From Carcharhinus longimanus (Eukaryota), in assembly GCA_030264375.1 (NCBI GenBank), contig JASCQW010000072.1, positions 70,990,992-71,054,991 on the forward strand: a DNA stretch of 64,000 bases, in the 5' to 3' direction. Below are positions 13,218 through 26,900 of the stretch, piece by piece. The number at the start of each line of letters is the position of its first letter. The stretch's first letter is position 1. Made by a program: the position numbers and the translations under genes. The notes beneath the pieces were generated by a model. The model was not told the origin of the DNA. It was given only the letters and a program-made list of their open reading frames with translations, and did no database searches.

Positions 13218-13775
13218 AATAATTGAAACAAAAGGGAATTATGTTAAACCTTTATAAGTCCTTGGTTCAGCCTCCACGAGAGTATTGTGTTCAATTCTTG
13301 GCACCACACTTTGTTATGGATGTAAAAATCTTGGTGAGAGTTCTGAGTAGATTTACTGTAATGATACCAGGGATGAGAGACTTCAGTTACAAGGAGGGAT
13401 TGGAGAAGCTGGAACAAATAAGGTTAAGAGGGCAGTTAGTAGAAATACTCAAAATTATGAGAACTTTTGATAAAGGAAGTAGTGAGAAATTGTCTCCATT
13501 GTCAGGAAGGTGACCAGAGGACGCAACGTTAATGCAAGTAGCAGAAAACCAGACGCGGGATGAGTTTTTTTTTATGATCTGAAATGCACTGCTTGAAAGA
13601 CTGATGGAAGAAAATTCAATAGTGACATTAAAAAGGGAATTTAGTAAATAATTGAAAGGTGAAACATTTTCAGTGTTATCAGGAATGGGCAGTGAATTGA
13701 GACTAAATGGGTAGTCATTTCAAAGGGCTGGCACAGGCATAATGGGTTGCATGGCCTTCTTTTGTGCTGTACAGT
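13218..13775 (+). mobile_element. CR1 LINE 3' fragment
   Basis: LYKSLVQPPREYCVQFLAPHF...LRGQLVEILKIM. Confidence 0.8.
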
Positions 13776-14419
13776 TTTTTCAATAAAAAACTGGCTGAAT
13801 ATTTAAGCAAAAAGTCATCTCATGAGAGAAATAGCCTTTCACAATATTTTTTTCTTCTTCTTCTTTTGTAGGTTTGCCTGCAGGACACCATCTAGTTGAA
13901 AGGGCAGGCAAGTAACCTGTTCCACCACCTTTGCAAATGCCAGACTCTATTAATGGAACTAAGGAACAATTATTCTACTGTATTTTGCTCACTAGATTGT
14001 AATTGTAGGAGATAAAACACTCTTAAAGGCTTTGTTTCTAAATCTTGATCCCTGACTATTTGGACCAGACCTTTATGTAATGGCTAAAATTACCATTAAA
14101 TTAACAAATCAACATACTTACACAGTACCAACTTGTTTGCACTACAATCCTGTAACTGAGTCTAGCTGCTAACAGTTGCAGCTAGTGCAGTGCTCAAATG
14201 ACTGGTTCTCAACTTGTACATCTGATGTTGTCTATGGCAAAACCAAAGATCAATCAACACATAAATCTGGAAGATTTATTTTGAGGTGGCTGAAGCAGTT
14301 GATAGCAATCACACCACTAAATAGTACTTTGTATTGGTATTTAGCAAGGAAATGGAAGTACTCTGGTAAACTAAGAAGTGGTCAGGTCAAAAATAGATAA
14401 AATGGAGGTATTAGTCAGG

Positions 14420-15770
14420 TTGGCAGTACTTAAAGTGAATAATTGACCCGGTCCAGACTCCATCCTAGGTAGGTAAAAGTGGGTGATGGTAAGAATACAA
14501 ATTGCAGGTTTGCTGACCAAATCTTCTGATCCTGCTTAGATATGGTATGGTGCGAGAGAACTACGGAATTGCAAATTGTACACCCTCCTTCATAGAAAAG
14601 GACAAGGAAAGATGTGGCAAGTATAGAACAGTCAGTTTTATGCCAAGGATGGAGAAATCTCTAGATCGAATAATTTGGATGAAAATTAGTAGCCACTTGG
14701 AAAAGTACAGCTAATAAAGGAGAGCCAGTTTTGATATCTTAGGGCAACTCAGGGACTACAGCGGATTAAGAAGGCAGCTCACCATCACCTTCTGAAGGGC
14801 AACTAGGGATGGGCAACATCCCATAAATGAATAAACAAAAATTGTATCTGACTAATCTGATTGACTATTTTTATCAGTTCGCTGAGACGGTAGATGAGGG
14901 CAGTGCAGTAGCTGTTATGCTTACGAATTTTTTAAAGTTGGGTAAAGTACCACATAATAGGTTTATTAGGAAAATTGAAGCCTATGGGATAATAGGGAAG
15001 GACGGCAAAGATAACTCATTGCAAGGAGGTGGAAAACAGAGGGATTTGGTGAATGGTTGATTTTCGACAGGAGGGGGGCTATACAATGATATTCTCTCCA
15101 AGGTTGAAGTTTAGGACCATAGCTCTTTTTGCTATACTGTATTTTGGGGGTGCGAAGCACAACTTCAAAATTTCCAGATGACCTGAAACTTTCAAGTGCA
15201 ATAAGCAATGACAGAGATAGTAAGAGACTTCAAGAGAATGAAGACAACCTGATACAATGGGCAGCCACCTGGCTGATGATAATCAACACTGAAAAGTGAT
15301 GTGATACATTTTGAGAGGAGGAATGATCAGAGAGAAAAAAAGCGAAATTGTACAATTTTAATGAGGATGTAAGAACAGAGAGACCTGGGGGATGTTTGCA
15401 TCAATGAAGGTGGAAGGACAAGTTAACAAAACAGTTAACAAAGCATTTGAGATCCTGGGCTTGAGGAAGTAAAGGGTACAGCTGCCAGAAGGTTATGCTA
15501 AACAGAAACTGCAAATCCCTGCTTTAATTTGCTCCACTACAAATCATTTTGTCTTCAAGTTGTTCCGTTTTTTGGACTGCAACTCTGATTTACATCTTCA
15601 GTTTCCACTTCTGACCACCACACTTCAGGAAGAATATAAAGCTTTGGACAGGTTACAAATAAAATTTATTAGAATAGTCCCAGGGATGAAGACGTTTTGG
15701 GTGAAGAGGACATTGAGTTGTTTAAAATCATGACCAGATTAGTCAAAGAAGATTAAAATCTATTTCTATA
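14420..15770 (+). mobile_element. Degenerate CR1 LINE RT region
   Basis: LTNLIDYF...KVPHNRFIRKIEAYGI; YRTVS; W..TWLM...KVIHF remnants. Confidence 0.7.
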
Positions 15771-16049
15771 TCTGAAGGGTTTCTGAAGGTCCTCCACCTC
15801 TCAACTCATTTAAGATACTCCTTAAAACCTATCTCTTTGACCAAGCTTTTGATCACCTATCCTAAGATTTTCTTAATGGCTAGGTGTCAAATTTTGTTTT
15901 GATAATGCTTTTGAACTGTCTTGGGGCTTTATGTAGCATGTTGGTGCTATATAAATGCAATTTGTGGTTTTAATATTAACACTGAAAAAGAAAAAGATTT
16001 GCTTATATGCTTCATAGCCTCAGAATATTCCACAAGTGCATTTTAAAAA

Positions 16050-17020
16050 TGTTTTATTCAGTTACAGAATGTGGGTGACACTGGGTAGACCATCCCAAGT
16101 TGTCCTTGAGAAGATGGTTGTGAGCTGCCTTCTTGAACCACTGCAGCACCTGAGGTTTGGTTACACCCACAGTGCTATTAAAGAGGGAATTCCAGGATTT
16201 TGACCCATGACAGTGAAGGAGTGATGATATATTTCCAAGTCAGGATGGTGAATGAGTTGGAGGGGAACTTCTTGGCGTTGATGTTCCCAGGTATCATTCA
16301 AGTGTTCGTGGGTTTGAAAGATGCTGCCTAATGAACCTTGGTGAGTTGCTGCAATGCATCTTGTAGATGGTATATCCTGCTGCTACTGTCCATCAGTGGT
16401 GGAGGGATTGAATGCTTGTGGAAGGGATAGCAATCAAGCAGGCTGCTTTGTCCTGGTATCGAGTTTCTTGGTTGTTGTTGGAACCGAACTCATCCAGGCA
16501 AGTGGGGAGTATTCCATGATGCTCCTGACTTATGCCTTGTAGATGATGGACAGTCTTTGAGCAGTTAGAAGGTGAGTTACTCACTGCAGGATTCCTAGCT
16601 TTTGATCTGCTCTTATAGCCACAGTATTTATATGTCTGTAGTTCAGCTTCTGATCAGTGATAACCCCCAGGATGTTGATAGCAGGGGATGCAGCGATAAT
16701 AATGCCATTGAATGCCAAGGGGCAATGGTTAGACACTCTTTTGCTGAAGATGGTCATTACCTGGCACTTGTATGGTGTGAATGTTACTTGCCGCTTGTAA
16801 GCCCAAGCCTGTATATTGTTCAGGTGTATAATAGCATGGACTGCTTCAGTATCTGAGGATTGTGAATGGTACTGAATATTGTGTAGACATCTCCACATCT
16901 GATCTTATGATGGAAGGAAGGTTATTGATAAAGCAGCTGAAGGTAGTTGAGCCTAAGACACTACCCTGAGGAACTCCTGCAATGATGTCTTAAAGCTGAG
17001 ATGATTGATCTCCAACCAAA
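16050..17020 (-). mobile_element. CR1/L2-clade LINE 3' fragment (second family)
   Basis: NIQAWAYKRQVTFTPYKCQVMTI...INILGVITDQKLN; 3' end aagaaggcagctcacaaccatcttctcaagg; other pieces at ~23960-24180, 24660-24930 and 30580-30910. Confidence 0.75.
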
Positions 17021-17039
17021 CAACAATAAACCAGAGCAC

Positions 17040-17325
17040 AGGAAAAAGATAGAGACCTGAGTGAAATGGTGCAATGACAATAATCTCTTCCTCAATAGCA
17101 GTAAAATGAAGGAGCTAATGATCAGCTTCAGGAAATATAGTGGAGGACATGCCCCTGTCTACATCAACGGTGATGAAGTGGAGATGGTCTAGAGTTTCAA
17201 GTTTCTAGGTATTCAGATCACTATCTGTCCTGATCTCTCCATGCTTGCACTATGGTTAAGAAAGCCTCTATGTTCTCAGAATACTAAAGAAATTCAGCAT
17301 GTCCACAATAACCCTCACCAAGTTT
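17040..17325 (+). mobile_element. Rex1/Babar LINE fragment
   Basis: WCNDNNLFLNSSKMKELMISFRK...INGDEVEMV.SFKFLGIQI. Confidence 0.7.
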
Positions 17326-17391
17326 GACTTAGTGCTGTGAGATTTTATGGGTTCAGAGTTGATGCTGAAGACTCTCAAGGCAACTCCCTCC

Positions 17392-17695
17392 AGGTGGTGC
17401 AGTAGCACAGTGATCAGCATTGCTGCCTCACAGTGCCAGGAACCTGAGTTCGATTCCCGGCTTGGGTCACTGTCTGTCCAGAGTCTGCACATGTCTGTGT
17501 GGATTTCCTCCAGGTGTTCCAGTTTCCTTACACAGACTGAAAGAAATGCTTGTTAGTTGCATTGGCCAAGCTAAATTCTCCCTCAGTGCACCTGAACAGG
17601 TGCCAGAGTGTGGCGACTCAGAGATTTTCACTGTAACTTCATTGCAGTATTACTGTAAGCCTATTTGTGGCACTAATAAATAAACTTAAACTTAA
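17392..17695 (+). mobile_element. V-SINE (second tail type)
   Basis: Same structure as 94-395. Confidence 0.85.
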
Positions 17696-18289
17696 ATTCC
17701 ATACTGTATACCACTGTGTGACACCCCTGCTGATGGGACATGATGTAACCAGGAATGGTGATAGTGAGGCATTATCTATAATGTATGACAATATCAGACT
17801 GTTACATGACTGGTCTGTGAGACAGCTCTCTCAATTTTGGCGCAAGCCCCCAGGTGTTTGAAGATCTTGCAGACTTGAGTTTGTGATTGTTGTTTTCAAT
17901 GCCCAGGTTGATGCAAGGTGGTCAGTCCAATTTCATTCCTTTTTGTTTTCTTTGTGGCAGTTGGAAGCCCCTTCAGAGGGCATTTAAGAGTCACATTGCT
18001 GTGGGGTTATGGGTTTGAATTGAGTCACATATAGCCAGGTAAGGATGGCAGGTTTCCTTCCCTAAAGGGCATTAGTGAAACATTTTTTTTCATGAAAATT
18101 GACAATGGTTTCATTGTGTTTATTTAGATGAATTTAAATTCCAACTCTGTCATCCGCCAATTCCCCTGCAGCTATTGAAATTATTTTGAAATGCAATCAA
18201 TGCTGTGATGTAAGAAAATAACATGTCATAATAAAGTACTTGTCCAATAATGTACAGTAAATTTAATATTTATGTCATGATTAGATGAC

Positions 18290-18702
18290 AATTAGAGACA
18301 AAGTCAGCGTGGATTTACAAAGGGGAAATCACGCTTGGTGAGCGTACTGAAATTCTTTGAGGATGTAACTGGTAGAGTTGACAGAGGAGAACCAATGGAT
18401 GTGGTTTAGTTAGACTTTCAGAAGGGTTTTGACGAGATCTCACATAGCAGACTACTATATAAAGTTAAAGCGCAAGAGACTGCAGTTAGTCTTGAGAAGG
18501 ATAGAAAGCTGGTAGCAGATAAGAAGCAAAGTGTTGGCATAAATAAGTCTTTTTGTGATGGGCAGGCATTGCCCATAGCTGGAGTATTGTATGCAGTTCT
18601 CGTGTCCTTATCTGAGGAAGAATGTCCTTGCTATAGAGGAAATTCAGTGAATGGTTACCAGGCTGATTGCTGGGATGGCAGGTCTGTCAAATGAGGAGAG
18701 AT
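18290..18702 (+). mobile_element. CR1 LINE RT fragment
   Basis: QRGFTKGKSRLVSVLKFFEDVT...MDVV.LDFQKGFD. Confidence 0.75.
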
Positions 18703-20269
18703 GTTAGTCAACACTAGCAAATAAACTTGCAATTAATTTCCATAGGGCCATTTTCTAGCATTTTGAACAAAGGCCAACTTCTTATTTGACAAAGAAGCAA
18801 TCAAAAAGATTTTTTGATGAATTTGCATGTCAACATCATTTCCATAAAATGAAATTCTAATTGTTTACATGTCTATTGAAAAGTATAGTACTTTACTTTT
18901 AAATGACATTCAGCAAATAACCCCAATTGCAACTTCTTTCCATTCATTCCATTACACAGAATATTAATGCCGTTCTTTTTCCATTCACTTGCGTTGTATA
19001 GAATTCCAATAGAATGGACCTCTTTCTATGCATACCCATAATATAGGATTACAAAAAACCAAACACTTCTATTCAGTCTCATTGTATGTCAGTGCAATGG
19101 CGTGAACTGCTTTCCATATATTACTATTATATAAAACTGATTGTCAAAGCATAGCCTTAATTACAGAATCATGACTTTCACATTAAATGATTTCAGTTCT
19201 GCAGGTTTTAAAGCTTGATACATTATATGCAGTAAAACTACTGGCAATTAGCACTTGAAGATAAAAGTGCTTTTGTGTTAAATATATTCTTGCGTTGAGC
19301 AATTTATAAAGAACTGGCAAACTATAATAAAAATCAGAAAATGTGAGAAAACAGAGCAACCTGCTGGCTTTGGAAAGAGAAGATAGGATTATGTCTCAAA
19401 CCTGATAGTTGAAGGCAGAAGGGTTTTAAAAAAGCGATGGCCTTTGAGGGGCTGATTTTAGTCTTCAGTTGTAAAAGTGGTGTAAAGTGCTTGGAGTAAG
19501 TTTCACATCTTTCTGCCTAACTCAAAAGTGAACATGACCAGCCTTCTGAATTCATCCCCGTTTCCATTTTGTGGGTGAGGTGGCAGTGTGACAATTGTTT
19601 AAGACAGAGAACTCACTCAATGGGGGTGTGGGGATGGTGGGACCTTGTGCGTTGTTGTTACAGGTCTTAATGGGTTGCAGAAACTTAAGGGACTATTTAG
19701 TTGTTTAACCAGAAGTGGCAGGAACAAGTGTCAGAAGATTCAAAAATAAATCTGGTGGGAATGGAGAGATCGAGTGACTTGGCTCGTGGACACAGCTGTA
19801 GATATTTTAGAGAACATGTAGGACTAGTTAGTCGCATAGAGTCATTACAGTGCACAAAAGGAGCCACTTGACCCATCAAATCCACATCGGCTCTCCATAG
19901 AGCAATCCAGTCAAATATTCTTCCACTCTATCCCTTCAGCTCAGCAAGTCAATTTCCAGATGAGTTGGGTAATGTATAGCGCAAGGAATCTGAGGGCATG
20001 TTAATGTCAGTGGTGTGTACACCATGACCTGACTGCAATTAGAAATTCAATAATTGCAGCAGGTATGCAAAGATAGGAAACAGTCTCACATGTCTTATAC
20101 CTCTCTCAGGTCCATTACTTCTTTGCTTGTTTCCCTTGGTTGTCCTTCATTTAACAGGGTCAACTTTGTTCAAACTCTTTTCTGCTTTCCCTTGAAAATC
20201 TGCCCCCCTTCAAAATGCCTCTCATTTCCTGAGTTTAATACTTCTTCCTGCAACTGCACACACTTAAAA

Positions 20270-20531
20270 AAAGTTAAAAGTTGTATTATTAGTCACAAGT
20301 AAGGCTTACATTAACACTGCAATAAAGTTACTGTGAAATTCCTGAGTCACCACAATCCGGCGCCTGTTTGGGTCAATGCACCTAACCAGCACGTCTTTCA
20401 GAATGTGGGAGGAAACTGGAGCAAACCCATGCAGACACGGAGAGAGTGTGCAAACTCTATATGGCAGTGACCCAAGCTGGAATCGAGCCCGGGTCTCTGG
20501 CGCTGCTAAGCACTGTGCTACTGTGCCGCCC
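20270..20531 (-). mobile_element. V-SINE (second tail type)
   Basis: Reverse complement of the family at 94-395. Confidence 0.8.
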
Positions 20532-22080
20532 TAAAATATTTGCTTCACTAAAGTATCTACAGCTATGTTCAAGAACGACACTAAGCTTATCGGTCAGATT
20601 GATGATGAAAACTAGTAGCTCTTTTGCAAATTATTTATTGCCTTCCACTCTTCATGTTGGAAAGATTTACCAGTTATCATCCCCGCTTTGCTGGAAGACA
20701 GGACTTAATATTGCACAGTTTTGAAGTAGAATATTTTCTGAATGAAAGAAATTATTGGTGGCATTGTATTATCTAATGAGGAGAACTCACCATATTGGAC
20801 AGTATGGCGGAATCTGTGGCATTCCAATGAAGAGCATTTAACTCCCTATTTTACCACAAGCATGTGGTTGCTCAAGTGTCAATTGCAACTCAGCACATCT
20901 CCCTTTTTCACAAACATTCCCTATCCTCCACCCACTCACCACCAATAGCAGGGCCTGTGATCGCAGACCAATATCTTCTCTCAGCTAGGCTCAGAACCAA
21001 ACCAACTCTTCCATCATGGGCAAGTTGGGGATTCATGTGGATTTGGATATGTTAAAGCCAAGCTTAGTGGCAGTTTCAGGCTAGTAGTGGGAATAAATTA
21101 TATTTGTGAATGAATGATAATCAACATTTCCATTCCCTTGTGTCCTATCCAACCATGGTCCAGAAAGCATCTGGACTACATTAGCAGATGTTGATGTAAC
21201 CTATTGCTAGCTTCTTAGGCCTCTGTTGATATGATTAATGACAATCGCTATCTCAGATACTGCAGGAGCACCTCATGAAAGCACCACAGAGTGGGAGTGC
21301 AGATTTAAGACAATGAAGACTTCATATGCTGATGAATGAGTGCTAAGTTGAGGATTTGATGAAGGTGGGATATCTCGGGAAAGATATTTTTAATCAACTA
21401 TATTATAGATGAACAGTCAAACAGATTTAGAACATTAGAACTACAAGTCTGTTGAAAATCCTGACCCAGGTTTTCACTCCTGGGTCAGGAGAATTCTGGG
21501 CTCTGCAAACTCAACATTTAAAAATTTAAAAATTGCTGCCCATGGGTTGAATTTTCATTGAGGGGAGGTTGGGCTGGATGTGAAGTCAGGCCTACCACCC
21601 ACAGAAAGAATGGAGAGTCACCATGTGTAGGGAACTGTGTTGAATTAGACTTTTTTTAAAGAATAAAATAACCAGCTCTGCAGTCCTCACTCTTCAACTC
21701 CCTTTACACCTCTCAAACACTTCCTTAACCGTCCCCCACATACATCCTATGCCAACCCATTCCCCTCCACCCAACCTCTATAGTTCCTCATATCCGTGTA
21801 AAGCCTCCAGTCCTTTGTAGCCCCATGCCAACAATGCCAAAACATGTACCCCAGCCCCTCCCTTTGCCCTTACCCATTCCATGCCAATTCACCTTGGATA
21901 GTTTGGTAGTTCCTTGAAGTTCTTTGACAGCTTAGCACTTCCAGTGAGCTTATGCACCTCTTACACACAATCATATTTACTATTAACACAGAGAATGACT
22001 TATGTCCCCTAAAGGGTGTCTTACCTCGCCCAAAGGTGTCCTGAGACCACATCCAAAAGTGTACCCTGCCTCCCCAAAGG

Positions 22081-22320
22081 GTATTCTGGCTATCCAACAA
22101 ATTCACCAACTTTGGATTGGCTATTCCCTGGTCTAATCCCCACACTCTGGGTTTCNNNNNNNNNNNNNNNNNNNNNNNNNNNNNNNNNNNNNNNNNNNNN
22201 NNNNNNNNNNNNNNNNNNNNNNNNNNNNNNNNNNNNNNNNNNNNNNNNNNNNNNNGGATTGGCTATTACCTGGTCTAATCCACACACTCTGGGTTTCACA
22301 ATATTGGCATCCCAAAATTC
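22081..22320. repeat. Tandem or duplicated unit across a 100-N gap
   Basis: ggattggctatt(c/a)cctggtctaatcc(c/a)cacactctgggtttc on both sides of the gap. Confidence 0.55.
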
Positions 22321-22898
22321 CACTTCAGTCGTGGGAGCTGGTGATTTAAATGGTTAGCTGCCTCCATAATCAGTGCATACCTGAAACCTGGCCCAGTTCC
22401 ATTCCTGCCCTGGTGAAAATGGAATCTGCCATGTTTGGGGTTATTTATTTCTTTTAGGATTTTTGCTTCGTCGTAATGAAAATCTGGGCTTTAGTTTAAC
22501 AGCAATCACCTGACAATGGCAGGCATCTGTCAACCAATTTTCAGTGGCTGCCTGAATAATTGTTAATTATTGGAACAGGAAGCTGCCTTGGCAATTGCAA
22601 CTCAGGTGTATGTCACCAACTCTCTATAATAACAGACTTTGTGACTGCACAGATTGGACATACAGAGTGGAGATTATTTGGATTTAGTGTGACAAGGAAT
22701 GGGTGCTAACTTGGGAATTTGGTACAGAGGAGCTAAAAGGTGTTGCGTTTTATACATTCTTTTCCTGTGGTAGTTGATGACTTCTTAGATGTTAATTATG
22801 TGAACAGATAAGTGATAGGTTGATGAGTTTTAAGACTTCATCCCTCTAAACAGGGACAGTAGTTGAAATTGGTACTAAGAAGGTTTAATTAACACATT

Positions 22899-23955
22899 TG
22901 TAGACAGGAGGGTTATTAACTTAGACAGCCCTGATTTTTCCCCTCACCACTAGTCTGTAAACAGAAAGGTGCTTTTTTGGAGTTTTGATTTCCTCCTGGT
23001 GGCATATCCTTCCCAATCCCTTAGTTTTGGAGTGATCTGATCATCTCTCAATAACCCCACAGCAAATTTGAGATAGGGTAAAATCAGAAGGTAAGTTTAT
23101 TTTCATACACTCAAAATGCAGGAAGAATGTTCACAATGTTCCCACCCTTTTTGCATTCAGACAATAAAAGAGGGATAAGGGAAAGCAAGAGGTAGCTAGT
23201 AAAAACCATAGACAACCTTTGGTTTATAGCTTCACTTGAGCCCAGAGTCAAAATTCCAATGGTTTGTTCCTTTGGAGAGGTTAGCAGGCTGAAACTAATG
23301 CAGGGTAATTCTTTTTCCAATACCACTGACCTCCATGACGGGAGAAGGCAAAGAGACAAATCAGTCTTGAAGTAGGCACTAGTGCAAAAGTTCAGATGTT
23401 CCAGTAGAAATATTGTAGATGTGGGTTAGGCAATTTAAACCTGCAGAGAGGAGTGGTTCTGCTATTGCTTTGCTGATAAAAGATGGCAAACTGCGGACTT
23501 CAGCTTCATAGGGCAATATTACAAGTTCTAGTCAATTGGGGGAAGGGTCATGTGACATAACGCCCACTTTTCCCCTTTGGTTTGGACAAAGGATGCATAC
23601 TTACGGACTGGGTTCTTGAGATGGTTAATGTTTTGTCAATTTATCGGTTTACCAGAGGTTTCAGTGTCTTTTGTCATCAGAGGTAGATCACTTCCATTGG
23701 CCAGGGCTTTGTCTCAGAAATGTAAAGGGGTCTTTGTGCATTTCTTTGGAATTTGATTTCTGCAGTCACAGACTCACCTTTAGAGATAACAAGATTGCTA
23801 TGGTTTTCTGAAGGCTAGAAACTCCTTCTGTGTGAGTTGTCCCCTGGCATGGTTTCAATCAGTGTAAAGCCTTGGTCCATTATATTCCCTAAAAAGAATT
23901 ATAAAGTGACAGAATGATACCAATCATATTTTCATTCTGCCTTCATGGCATGACA
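22899..23955 (-). mobile_element. Candidate solo LTR (~1.06 kb)
   Basis: TG...CA ends (TGTAGAC / ATGACA); flanks CATT and CGTT (4-bp TSD with one CpG-type change); AATAAA on the minus strand about 200 nt from its 3' end. Confidence 0.4.
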
Positions 23956-26900
23956 CGTTATTCATTCACAGGAAAAGGGCATCACTGGCAAGATGAACAA
24001 TTATTGCCCATGCCTAATTATCCTTGCAAAAATGGTAGTGAGTGACCTACTTAAATCTCTGCAACCCCTTTGCTGAAGCTAACTCCTACTAGGGAGAGAG
24101 AGTTCTAGGATTTTGACCCAGGGCAATGAAGGAACAGTGCTATGTTTTGAAGTCGGAATTGTGTGTAACTTGGAGTGAATGTGTATATGGAGATAAGGAG
24201 AAAATACTTCTCTCAAAGGATCGTGAGTCTGTGGAATTCACAACTCCAAAGTATAGTGGATGCTGGGACATTGAGTAACTTTAAGGAAGAAATCAACAGA
24301 TTTTTAATTAGTAAGTGTTTGAACGGCTATTGTGAATGTGCAGGAAAGTAGAGTTGAGGCCAAGATTAGATCAATCATGATTATATTAAATGAGGGAGCA
24401 TGCTCGAGGGGCTAAATTGTCTACTGTTACTCCTAATTCTTATGTTCCTAAAATAACTCCTCAGGGACTGGTGTTCCTTTACCAGATTCCTTTTATTTAC
24501 AAACTTAATTCCACTCTTAAGAGTGCTTCAGGTACAAGGTTAGAATCCAGAGTGGCAGTAGACCTGATATTTCCATATTTAAATACAGGTGACGTTCCTT
24601 GATTGGGTAGGCAATTATGACCTTAATCGGAACCTCGTACTCCAAGAGGCCAACCTCATGGACCCCGTTGAATTCATCACAGTTCCCACATGCCTGCTAC
24701 TCTTGTCCTGCTTAGCAGTAGATGTCATGGGTTTGGGAGGTATTGTCAAAGAAGCCTTGGAAAGTTGTTGAAGTGCATTATTGTATATAGTAAGCACACT
24801 TGCTATGCTGAATCGGTGATGGAAGGAGTGAATATTTAGTGTAATGGATGGTGTGCGGATCAAGAGGGCTGCTTTGTCTCCATGGTGTTGTGCTTCCTGT
24901 TGTTGCCAGAGCTGCACTCATTCAGACAAATGAACAGAATTTCAAATAAACTCTGCTAGAAAGAGATGTTCCTTACTGTGCAGCCAGGTTGCAGGTTGTT
25001 CTAAAGCTAAAAACCTTGCTTGAGACCATGGTCACACCCCCAATCTACTCACCCCTACACTTATTTTTTTGTTTACCCTTTGCTATTGTATTGTTTATCT
25101 CCTAGGCAACTTGATTACGTGATTATTAACTCAAAGTCAGGTGATTTAATAGTAATTGAGTCTGAGAGAAACCTAGTTCTTAAAGGGACCCAATATAAAA
25201 TATAGATGCCTGCCCCAACAAAAAGCATTTGTGTTACCACACTATCGAAGGCTGTTTGGCATCTACGTAGGTTCATGTTGTAGCTTCACCAGTGTGCCGG
25301 TAGATGGTGGAATGGTTTTGAGGTCATAGGAGGTGAGTAATTCTGCAAAATTCTCAATATCTGACCTTCTCTTGTAGCTGCAGTATTTATGTGGCTGGTC
25401 CATCTAAGTTTCTGAGATTAAGAATGTTCATGGCACATCCTCATCTTAATGGCTGTTTATTTGTCCACTCCTATTTACTACTGGATGTGGCAGAAATGCA
25501 GATATTTGATCTGACCTATTGGTTAATTCTGTTGTTATGATTTCAGTAACATTTCAATGTTGATTTATTTTATTTAAAATCCGAAATACAGGTATTTACT
25601 AAAGTAATTAAGTCACAGATTCATGGTTTAAACCAAGACAAATTTGCTAAACGATATCAGGGAACATGAATATTCCTAACTATACTTTATCTTAAATGGT
25701 CAGTTATTTTATGTAAAGATATTAGAAGTGCAATGAACACTATTGCTTATTTTCTAATCAGAACTTCTTCATTCAGATTTCCTTTTATACCCATTTGACT
25801 TGTATTGGAGCTTTCTTCAGAGGCTTAATATTAAGCTGGCTTTCACTTAATTATGGCTTAACTAACACAAAGACTCATGGAGATAGTATTCTGGTTAAAG
25901 ACATATCTTTATTTTCCAGGCCTGGTTAACGTATAAAGGAGAGAGATTTGAGGCAGTTCCAAATCACTCTGAAATTACATTACTCTCAGTATTACAATTA
26001 TACAATTTTCAAAAGTCATTTGCCCGCACTTCTGCACATCACAGCCAGGTATGAGCCAATCATTATTAGTATGTATTAATTATTTTGGCCAATTGTATTT
26101 ACCCTCTGACAGCATGGGACTTTGTGAGTTTGCAGACTTTGAAACTCTTTCTCACAGTCACTTGGTACTTTTTTATTTGGTGAAATGTATGTTCTATTCA
26201 TTAACTGCCTGAGATGTCTAGCCCTGTCTGGAGTCCACATTGATGAGAGTTGCTTTCTTCCTTCACTCAGTAGCTGTATTGTTCCAAGGAATGCGGTTCT
26301 TAATATTTGACTATATTTCATCATGCCTTAGAGCAGTGTGTTATTGGCCAAGATGTATGCTTTTAATACAGAATATATATTTTCAAAAGTACATGTATAA
26401 ATTCTCTAACAGCGACTATATGTGTCTCTATACAAACTGTACCTTTGTAAACTATATTCCAGGCATTTTTTTCTTTTGACTGTATTCATTCTGATTTAAT
26501 CTTCCCTGACCTGTTAGTCATTTAGTCCCAGATAATTCTGAACTCCATCTTATAACTTGCATACTAAAACTCAGGTAAGATACATCTCAAAATTTGGAAG
26601 TTAAACTACTTGGTCTGAGTTCTGCTTCAAAGATTTATATAAGATCTGGAATTTCTTAAGCCTTTTGTTTACTTCTGGGAATTTTTTCTCTTCAAATATT
26701 CTCCAATTTTCTCATGGTTGCAGATTAGACTGCTCTTGATTCTAATATTCTTTAATTCCGTATTTTTAAAAAATCTAGAACTCTCTTTCTCTATCACTCG
26801 CTTCTCAGCTTGGCTGTCTCAGAATTCCAAGTCACTGTTAGGGGTCCAACTGTTAACAAAAGGTTTAAACTCTTTTACCCAGCACATAGAATTTCAAATG

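Noticed and set aside
22081-22320. CRISPR-like or coding tandem array
   Set aside because: Eukaryotic DNA, only two visible units, separated by an assembly gap; may be a contig overlap or a minisatellite
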